Made by a program: the position numbers and the translations under genes. Positions 10,808-20,908 of a stretch of 50,694 nt of DNA are shown piece by piece; position 1 is the stretch's first letter, and every line of letters begins with the position of its first letter. The notes below the pieces were generated by a model. It worked only from the letters and a program-made list of their open reading frames with translations. It had not been told where the DNA came from and did no database searches. The stretch comes from Basidioascus undulatus (taxonomy: Eukaryota), in contig JTLS01000016.1 of NCBI GenBank assembly GCA_000826855.1, forward strand, positions 1 to 50,694. The letters run 5' to 3'.

Positions 10808-12716
10808 TCAAACAGTAACCTCTGTTCCGGGGCAAGACGTCAGAGCTGGTGTTTGTGAGGGGGGAGGGGAGATCCAACAGCTCGGCAGCGCACCATCTTC
10901 AGTCGTATCGCAGATGGCCCACTGCGCGCGAAACGAGGGATCCTTCGAAACCGATACGATGGACGGGGTGGTGCCCTCGTTGCGCGCGTTGGAGATGTGC
11001 GCCGTCTTCCCTCGGACAGAAACGCGTTCGAGGTCCCAAGTCGCGGCGAGCATGATGCTGTACGCGAGAGGTTATTGGCGGGCTGTAGCGGCAAAAAGCA
11101 ACCGGAGCATACGCACGCCCATGCACCTAACTCGGACAGGTCGTCCCGTTCCCTGCAGTTGACCGCGAGCTCGCCGCATGCTGAAGGCTGAGTGGATCCC
11201 CTTCGCGAGGTGGATCTATCATTCAGGCTAAGTGAATTGAATGCTCCAGCAAGCCGTAGAGGTGAGCAAGCACTCACAAGACCGCAAGCGTCCAGAGGAT
11301 ATGTGAACTTGACCGAGGAAATGACACCAAGGCGTCGTCGTCGGTGGCAGGCTGGAAGAGATCCCGCAAACCGGGTCCGATAATGCAGAAGATGAGCCAG
11401 AAGGCACACGGAGTTCGAGACGTTCGATTTTGAATTCACGATGAGAGATACGGGAAGCGCCAGGAAGAGGGATCGAAAGCGACGTTTGGGGGGTAGCAGT
11501 ATGCCATGGCGTGAAGGGGCAGGAAATGGTGAAGCGAACAGGGAACGGGGAAGTGGTCGGCTGGCCAGTCCACGTCCCAGAGGGTTGTCCTAGTCGCTGT
11601 CGCTGGTGAAAAGGTGCAACGGCTCGGCCGCGCGCTCCAGCTCCTCGGCGCTCGGCGCCAGGACGATCTCCATTTCGCGCCTGCTAGCGCGGGCAGCGCG
11701 GGCATCGATGCTAGACCGCGGAGAGGAGCCGATTACGGAGCTTCACAGAACTCCAGCTCCTCGATAGACGGAGACCACTTGAGGCAGCGGACAAGCGTCC
11801 GGTAGCCCTCCCTCGCTGTCTGCGAGGCCCGCGAGCGACAGGCGACGGAGACGTCGCAGAGCGTGTGGAAAGTCGTTCGGCTCCGGGAGAAGGCGCTCGC
11901 TCAGGATGTGCCCGCCTCCAAAGAGCGCACATCGGGCGTTGTGCGCAGGTGAAGTTCGTGGAGGGTCCCCGCGCTGGCGGCGATCGAGCGTCTGAGCCAC
12001 GAGGTCAGAAACGAGGCGAGAAGACACCTGATGCGGCTACGACAAGACTCTCGAGGTTCTCGAGCGGGCGGAGGGGTATGTCCGGAGGTCCTCAACTACG
12101 GACGCCGAGCGTGTCGCTGGTGATATAGAGGCGTCGAAGGGCAGGGAGCGTGCTGGCCGCGACAAGGAAATCGACGATGGCCGCGTCGACTGGGCCGGTC
12201 AAGGGGGTGTCGATATGGATCGAGGGACCCGGATGTTGCGGCACTGAAGAGCGACTTACGAAGCGTCCAAGATGCTCTCGGCTGCGCTCGGCCTTTCTTC
12301 CCCGTTACCCCATAATCTTCGGCCGGAGAAGGAGATGGGGAAGTGGAAAGGCGTGAAGAATGCGGCCAGGCCGAGTCGGTTACGAATCTGTAGTTAAATC
12401 GCCTCGTCAATCGAGTACGACTCCGCGGAGAATCCCGCCAAGTTGCGGTGAACGTATTGTGCAGTCTTGTTGCGTACTCCACCTCTGCGCGCAACGTGAT
12501 GCGCGAGTACAGCTCCTGCGAAGCAAGCGCGGCGAAACGCCTGTTGAACCGTACGACCGCACGCAAGTGCGCGCTGCTAGGGAAGGGATTAGGGACGAAG
12601 CTGAGGAGGTGCTGGACGATCTCATCGGCCAGATTGGCGAACGGATCGCTCGAGGGACGGTTCGAAGCGGATCGCGAGGAATCTTCCGAGACGCCTGACG
12701 ACGGAGACGTCGTCAT
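10808..12716 (-). pseudogene. F-box/LRR-like protein pseudogene with stops and frameshifts
   Basis: F-box-like N-terminus DPFANLADEIVQHLLSFV...LRAVVRFNRRFAALASQELYSRITL, then LRR-like pieces (LPALRRLYI, LENLESLVV, TLHELHL, LRRLRRLSL, SIEELEF, KIERLELRV) in different frames separated by stops. 3' limit approximate. Confidence 0.6.
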
Positions 12717-15075
12717 GAGTGATGAGGCGTAGAGCCAAGTCAGATCACAGCGAGCAAGGTAAGCGCTATGGCGGCGAAGATGAGGATCGATCGAGGCCGT
12801 GGTTGAAGGTCAACCAACAGCGAGCAGTGAGGGGTACTTTATCCCCGGGCCGCCGGTTGTTCCGGCGGTCGGGCTGCCCTGCATTACCTACAGTGCAGGT
12901 ACGCTGATCCTTCATCATAGCCCTGAATCGAGCTCCCTCTGAACCGTATAGGAACGTCGTCGACAAGACAGCCTCCAAGATCATCACTCAGCAGGTGGTA
13001 CTCTAAGGATGCATGATTCATCTTTAAACTATAGTCGTCGAGCTTTGATTTTAATTCTCTGGTAAATTTTTATGAAAACGCGAACACGACTCGAGGGTCC
13101 CAACCCACTGCATGGCCGTGCTGCCGAGGGCAACATGCTACGAGTCCACCGACTCGACTGCTGAGAGCTGCAAAGTCAATGTCCTTGAGCCCAGAACAAT
13201 GAAAAGATAAAAGAAAATAGGTTAATATGGCACCGTAGGGCTCTACATGCTGAGATGCCATAGACAACGGGCGTTGTTGGATGTTGCTGAACCAAATCGC
13301 TTCCTAGGCGACACTGTCGCGACTCCAGTAAGTCGTGCGACTACAGTCTGTTGGGTTCAATATCGTAGAAAATACCATCATTAGTGGGACCCATGAAGCG
13401 GATCAAGTGCCTCATGGAAACCTTGCCATAGTCAATATCTATCGTCAAGCGCCGCCTTCAGCGCTGCCCAGCCCCGGTTGGTTCAGGTCGCTCATCCAAA
13501 GTCGCCCTGAGTGTGCTTATTTACCGGTTATCATGATGGCCTGTAGGATTATTTCTCTCGCAACGTTAAAGCAGAGTTCTAGACGACATAACACGAGGAG
13601 GACAGTGTCGCCTCCCACGTTCCGACCCTGATACAACATGATACGACATGCTCGCAAGGGGGTCCATTTTTCTTTACATAGAGTTTCAGAGACTTCTATT
13701 CCACAACCTTCAAAGAACTTCACGTGCTTGCGGTGAATGGTGTGGTTTGCAAAGCCGGCAACAGCTGCAGTCCGCCGGACCAAAGTCTGCTCGTCTTTCT
13801 CCGCTCCCCTTCAGGATTACTATAAAGTAGTGTGTGGAAAATCAAATCATAAGCTCAAGTATTCGAATGTTCAAAGTAACCCATGGCAGCACAACCGTTT
13901 CATGCGTGAAAAAGGCTGGCTGGCATCCCTCGCCCATGCATCTATCCGTAGCTAATGGTCACCTTCGACCCCATAGCTTTGGTAGTAAAAGCCCAAAAAA
14001 TGACCTTCATCGTTTGTGCGTATGCTGCTGCTGTACCACAGCTCATCGAGTTCGATATACTCTAAATTGGAGAGCGCGCATGCAAAAGCTTGCATTACCG
14101 CTTGGCGCTGTTGAGCAGGCTCCCTGCGCTCAGCCAAATGTCGCAAAAGAAAACATATAGTCCCCGGTAAACCCTCATATAAGAGGCAGTCACGTGTTGT
14201 TACAGACAGCGCTTGTCACCCAACGCAATCGTGTGCTGCGGCCTGCCTTTCAAAAGAAGCGGCCAGCACAGCTTTGGGGGAGTCGTCCTATTCGGGGTCG
14301 TACAAAATGAAGTTCGACCAGGCTGAACCGAAATAAACCGCATCTTTACTGTGCTTGAACAGGCGCTTCCCGTGGCAAACGTTTAAGTCGGACCACCTAA
14401 CGAAACATTCCAGGCATCCTCACGATTCGACCTTCGACTTTCTTATCAACTATGGAGGTGATCCATTTTATATTCACTAGCCTTTCAGCTACAGCATTAT
14501 CTTCTAGCGGCTACGCAGCACTTGGCGTGCGGTAGCGAGCTCTTGGTCAAGCGTCAAGGCGTCGTGAAACTTGTGCGAGTGTGGACTAGTCTACCCACTC
14601 CATTGAGCCAGCTCCACAGCCGGCTCCACTTTCACCGGCTCTTTGAGAGGTAGACTCCCGCCTTGAGCTACACTGCACCATGAAAGGCAACCGAGGAAAG
14701 CATGGTATGCGTCAAGCCTCATTCTGGAGCCCAATCAAAAATACCGATGTTGACCGGAAGCTTGAAGGTGACTAGGTCGAAGGATGGTGTTGCGTATATC
14801 CATTGCTTGGCCAGTCGTCGGCACCCTGAAAACACATCAAACGCATGGGATCCCAAAGAAACACATGCAATATAGTGCTGATACAGCAGGCTTTTCAAGT
14901 CGACTTCCCCAAGCCTATTGCAGAGATACCTCAGATCATCGCGAATTTTCCCTTCGCAGTGCGACTTCATACAGCCACAGCACACTCTGGTGAGTGGAAA
15001 GGAGGGCGTAAATGGGCCCCAGGCAGACAAGCAGACTAAAAGTTCATCTAATTGGACGTCCAGTAATTGATACAA

Positions 15076-17012
15076 CTATATGATGCCCTTCTGAAGGCTG
15101 ACCTCCGACCTTGTAGAAGCCGTTTCGAGGGGCGGCGCAACGACGGGCGACCGGTCGCCATGCCGGGAGCCACGGGCGCCGTCTTCCGCGACCTCCACGT
15201 CCACTTGGACCCGCACGCCAAGCTCAACGGCGCTGTCGTCATCAGCTACGGTCTTCCGGTGACGCGACCGTGACTTTGAGAAGGCGAGGAGGCTGTTGGG
15301 CCCGGGGGAGCCCCCGATCGTGTTGACCTGTCCAGCGGCGGGCGAACGACCATCATCGTGATAGCCTCGGGACGACGTTCGGTAGCTTGAGCCGTTCCGG
15401 TGCGGGTCTGCGAAGGCATGGTACAGTCATTCATGCTCACAAGGAAGATTGGTAATTGGAGATACCTTGAAGGTTGAGGATCATGCGGCTGCTTGCGATT
15501 GCAACGAGTGCAATGCCCAGTGGTACAAACATTGCCTGAGGACATGCTAGTGCACGTGAGTGTCGCCCGGGCAACTCCCCCAGCGCATTACGCACCTGAA
15601 TCTCTGGCTGCGGAAGGTTAAAGAATATCACGTTGAGGAGATTGATGAGAGTGGCCACAAATACACTGGAGCGTTCGGGATATTTAGCACAGGCACAAAG
15701 CGACATGAAATGGTGGCAGTCAGTCCGCACTAGAACAGGCCGTCCTCGAACTGAACCAAGCAAGGGCAGGTGTCAGACGCAAGATCACAAAGAGAGCGTT
15801 TCAAAGGAGCGAACCAGTGTACGCGTGAAGGAGAAATTGCTTGAAAACATGCAGCCACCGGTACGGATGCCTAGCAGGAAGTACGAAGATATTCCTGCGA
15901 TGGCCATATCGTAGATCCTGCACTCGAATGTCAGGGACGGCAGCAACACGGCACTCTCCAAAAGCTCACATTCCTCCAAGGTAGAATACCCAAGCATACG
16001 GCCGTCCCTTCTGCGCGGAAGAGAAGCAGTTTGCCTAACAAATATTCGCTTGAGGTCAACCGTGCTGCCGAGTCTCCGAGTCCCCCATCCTCCTTGACTT
16101 ACGTCTATTGACAAAGCTGTGGCCCACAAACGACGAGGTTAGCAAGTATCGCGGTCATGACTCTTAACGTATGACTCGCGAGTTATGAAGATGTTTCCCA
16201 AGATCTCCAGCTGGGAGAAGTTAAGTGGTGAGGATGGTGCGAAGCGAAACAACGGAGTGGAAAGACCGACCACGATAACCGGGATGAGTAGGGCGACCAA
16301 AGTTATTACTACCCAGCGCTGTCGACCAGATATTGCCCAGGTTCTGAACCAATGCCCAAGACGTGTTACGCGGCTGCGAGATGGAGACACGGTATAGACG
16401 TACCTCCAGAAAAAGACCGCGTGCGACGCCCAAGCGGCCAGAATCTGGTCGAGAGCGGTCAGCACAACAACAACGAGTAGTACAGGGAGTAGCTTACTTT
16501 GATTGCAGGTGGTACATGGGCGTACGAGTTGCAAGACTCGGCAGAGAAGTCCCCGAAGTACCTGAAAATGATACGACGCCCGGATCAGCAGCTAGCGTCG
16601 GCAACCCGAGTGCAGCTGGCCCACTCACCCCACCGAGTTCGTCACCATGGCTAACGTACTCAGATATCTGAGTAACATCTCCTCAGCGTAAAACAGACCG
16701 GCTCCAAAAATGAGAGCTCACCTTACGAGCACAAACAGCACGCCCGCTGCGGAAGATCTGCGTTGCTTATGTTGTCTGGCGAACAGACGGGCAATAGGTC
16801 AATCGTCTGAGTTAGTCTATGTCGAATATGAAGTCCTACTTTGTGTACAGCCGAATTTCTCCTGGCAAAGTCTGTAGAAAGCTGCAAGAAGACGCATAAG
16901 TTCGGACGCCTCGAATATGGCAGCGTAAGGAGACGAACTCGAAGATCCAGACCGCCAACGCGGAAACCCGCATATACTCCGCCGCTTTCAGGGCCAGGGC
17001 CTGGTCGAACAT
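15076..17012 (-). CDS. DUF6533-like multi-pass (about 7 TM) membrane protein, many small exons
   Basis: MFDQALALKAAEYMRVSALAVWIFEFLQTLPGEIRLY...VLFVLVRY...FSAESC...FFWRTWAISGRQRWVV...YDMAIAGISSYFL...LINLLNVIFF...IALVAIASSRMILNLQ, then a hydrophilic tail ending QKGII* (TAG 15076-15078). The E-x-LxTLPxEIxL, RTWAIS and SRMILNL motifs fit this basidiomycete family. Confidence 0.8.
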
Positions 17013-17155
17013 CCTTTCAGAGGACGGAAAAGTGAGGTAGGTGCTGCTCAACCAACTACTTGCTCTGAAAGGTCAGAAGAGATGCGGAAGAGGAGGGGAG
17101 CGGCAAGGAGCAGCGACAGGCATCGTATTCTTGAAGCACGCCTACTTTTGTGCAA

Positions 17156-17448
17156 GCATGCGGTCCATCTTGGTATCCAATGCAGACTAGTCCACTTTTC
17201 ATGAATGAATGTCGGTGTAGTGTGCACGGGCAGCCGTCCGCAAACGCATGCGTGCTGCCCCTACCTCCGCTTGGCATGCAGAGACGTGCCCCGGAAGCTG
17301 CTGGGACCGTAGTGGCACCAGATGGCTGGACGCTACCCGAAGAGGGGGGGCAATCCCAGATGTGCTAGGGAGCGAGGCGCTAGGCGCGAAGGCTATGCAG
17401 ACGCCACATGAAGTGGGCCCGTGCATGCATGTCACGATCGATGCATGC
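17156..17448. promoter_or_regulatory. Cluster of five GCATGC palindromes in the divergent promoter of the DUF6533-like and monooxygenase genes
   Basis: GCATGC at 17156, 17246, 17274, 17423 and 17443. Regulatory role is inferred. Confidence 0.4.
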
Positions 17449-17898
17449 AAAATGAAGACGGCAGCACGGTGCAACAAGGTGTGCATTTGGAGAAATTCGG
17501 AGAAGGGCCTAGCGAAAAGTTAGTGTCCTGCACTCGCATGGTGCACGAACTTGTGGGCACAGCCGCACGCACTTCGAACTTCGCAGCAAGGTCGCTGTCA
17601 GCCAGGCGCACTCGGCGGAGCCGGACGTGTGCAAAATAAACAGCGAATAATAAGAGTACTTTATGGTTGGGGTCTTCCCCCAAAAAAAAAACCTGGCATA
17701 TTGACAGGACGGCTTCCGCGTCCCTACATGCGATCCACACGCCGTTACTTCCGGTCTTCCAGTAGTGGCGATCTTGTGGTCCACCTCGTTCTTCTCGCCC
17801 TCATCTTGGTTTCGACATCGCACGAACACGAATTTGACCTTTCGAGCAACCTGCTCATCGCTATTTCGTGCTCATACTGACGCTCGACGTCGATCGCT

Positions 17899-20073
17899 AT
17901 GCCCGCTGCAATTACCCAGCAGCACGTGCTCGTCATGGGGTAAGCGTCGTGCTGGTCAAGTTGCGGTGGACTTTGCCCAAGCTGACGCTTCTTCGTCCAG
18001 CGGTGGCCTGGTCGTACGTCTAGAAATTACCCACGTCCTTCGCAATGCAAGCTAAGCCCGGCCCTCGCTTCGCAGGGCCTCACCATTGCCCAAGGTCTGA
18101 AGAAGCGGGGAATCGCTTGCACGGTCTTTGAGCGCGACCCCGACCAAGGTAGGGCATGTCCCACTGTTGGAAAGGTACCCATTCTGACGTCTTCTTGCGT
18201 TTAGGGCGGCGTAGCCAAGGGTGGGCTATCACAATTCATTGGATTCTCGGGGCGCTGGGGCAAATGCTGCCAAAGGAGCTGTTTGACAAGCTTGACACCG
18301 TACGTATCTGTTCCTTCATTTCATTCCCCCAATCGAAGCCGGTCTCTGACACATTTTTTACTTCAGGTCCAAGTCGATCGTAAGTCCCAAGTCATTAGCG
18401 GACGGACCGGAACCACGCACTGACGCTCCCGAGTAGCCTTTTTGCGTCAGGACGAGGGGAACTTTCTCTTTCTCGGTGCGAACCCTGAACATCTCACGCC
18501 GAATATTTACTTAGCACGAAACCTTCTCAGACGGCCGGGACCTTTCCATCGTTTACCGCATTCCTCCTTCGAAGCGTCGTGTCCGGGCGCACCGCGGCAA
18601 ACTGCGCGAGCTTCTCTTAACCGGTCTGACCGTTCAGGTGCATCATACGCTTGGGTAGGACATTATAGAGGGCCTTAATGCTTACTTCTTCGTGCGATAT
18701 CAGTACGAGAAACGTGTCGCTCGCTTCGAGACCATCACCGGTGGCGTGCGTGCATGGTTCACAGATGGCTCTTCCGCTGAAGGAACCGTGATTGTTGGCG
18801 CGGATGGCAACAACAGCGTTGGTAAGCTATATGAAACTCTTAGACTTACTTTTTTGCTTGCCGTAAGCTTAATGTTGGCCCCCTTTTCCAGTCCGAAAGC
18901 AGCTCGTTGGCGAAGAGGCCGCCGCACTCAACAGCATTCCAGTGGTTTCTTACGGCGGTGCGTCAATCTTTACATACAGGGCGTGTTTTGGTGTTTCGGA
19001 CTGAGCTGTTACTTTGTTTAAAAGTGGTCCAGCGGTACACCAAGGAGCAGGTCGCACCGTTGCGCGCGCTGGACCCTCTCCTTTTTCAAGCTGTCAACCC
19101 GGAAACACGCAGCTTCGTCTGGGTGAGTTTGTCATTCGCCAAACGAAGCGGGTTTAACGCTCAGGCCAACTCTACCTGCGGTGTGCGCAGCACAGCATTC
19201 AGGAAATCGACGAAACTCAGACACACTTCGACCTGCTCACCATGGTCTCTCACCAAGTTACTGATCCCGCACTTGAGCTTCCACACGACGCGTCCGACGA
19301 GGAGAAGATCGCAGACATGAAGAAGCATGCTGGTACACTGCATTATTCCCCACATTGTGCAGCTTAGCTCTGACACGCTTCTTGATCTGTCGCAGAGGGA
19401 TTTGCAGAGCCGCTGTACTCGCTCGTTCGCAACATCGACCCTTCTCTTAAGGTGCAGAGGTTGTTCTACCCTTTATCACTGCATGCTGAAACGGTTTTTG
19501 CATTCCAGTGCACTCGAATCAGCCTCGCCGACTGGGTGCCGATGCCGTGGGACAACAAAGGTCGCGTTACGCTGGCAGGTGACGCAACGGGACCGATGAC
19601 AATGTACCGAGGAGAGGGTAAGTCCCTTTCTTACACATACGTGAGTAAAATCTTCGTGCACGGAACTGAATACTCCCATTGTCTTTACTTCCAGGCGCCA
19701 ATCACGGGCTGCTTGATGCCGCATGCTTCGTTTCTCAAATGTGTCGCGTCTCCAAGGGCGAGATAAGTCTTCCCGAAGCGGTCAGTCGTCGGCGACTTCT
19801 TTCTATTGGAAAGACGACCGTTTAGGAACAGGATTTCAACAGCTCGACAAATATGAGGAAGAAGTGCGTGCTCGACGCGAGATCGCCATCCCGCTCAGCC
19901 GCCAGGCTGCTTTGGACGCGCATAGCGGCATTCCAGGGTGTAAGTCCTTGTCAATTCAGCATGCCGGTCACACAGCGTATTGACCTTCCAACGGGGGTGC
20001 TCGTATTATAGCCGACTCTCCCATTGTTACCGGCCGGGCAGGCCCGCCTATTGCTTTTGGCACTTTTGCTTGA
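17899..20073 (+). CDS. FAD-dependent monooxygenase (group A aromatic hydroxylase-like), about 15 introns
   Basis: HVLVMGGGLVGLTIAQGLKKRGIACTVFERD (GxGxxG Rossmann fold), VIVGADGNNSVVR (DG motif), GRVTLAGDATGPMTMYRGEGANHGLLDA (GD motif); stop TGA 20071-20073. Confidence 0.9.
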
Positions 20074-20908
20074 GAATCATTTCTCGAGAAGTGGAATGTT
20101 GCTGGTCAATGAAAGCCCTAGCTTGCACGATGTCGTTCATCTGTCTCTATATTTTTGGCATGAAGAGAGCAACACAACTGCAGCTGCGCAAGATTGTCCT
20201 GAGTGAAAACAGGACTCGACCTGCTTGTGGATACAGCCAAGAAAAGGTAGGTGGTACCTAGAAGTGCATTCTCTTTCGTATGGTTAGTTCCTTCTCTGGG
20301 ACGGACAAAGATGATCTATCCGGGAACTTCTCCGCAGCTGCTCAAATTCGGAAGACGAAGTGGATCTTGACCGAACACCCTGAAAGGTTTGAAGACCCGG
20401 AATAATAACTTGCTCATATCTAGTAACGTCCTGTCGTTTCGAGATGACTTGAAGGTTCCTTTCCGAATGCCTGAAGGACTATCCTGAATCTTCTCCTGCA
20501 CAGGCACCAGCGTTCGCGCCTGCGCCGTTCTCTCCGACGTCCCGGTGAGACCAACTCTGCAGACCGATCGACGCTTCGTTCCTATTGAGATCGAAGAAAA
20601 GGGCCGTGCTTTTGTCATGCGCGCACATGTGCCAAGTTGCAGTGCTACCGCATGGTGTTCTGCACTAGTCCAACTTTTTTTGGGTAGCGCAATACCAGGA
20701 GAGGGGTAGCCGGGCACAACTCGTCGCGTATTTCCTTGCCGCATACATAGACCACTCTACGTAGTTGAAATACCATATTCTCGAGGACTGGCTTGGCTTC
20801 AGACGATTCAGGCGATCATTGTAATGCGAGGAACGAAGACGTGCCATTTCCCCGTATGCGGCTTTCTTCCTCACCACTTCGTGCACACGCAAAGCTTTCG
20901 AACTTAGC

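Noticed and set aside
13306..13613. 13-bp inverted repeat (aggcgacactgtc / gacagtgtcgcct) 308 bp apart, possible MITE
   Set aside because: No target-site duplication, and one such match is near chance expectation in 50 kb.
15067..15420. Plus-strand GC-rich ORF fragment resembling a BRCT-like domain
   Set aside because: It is the antisense of the last exon of the DUF6533-like gene, which splices in frame and ends at TAG 15076.
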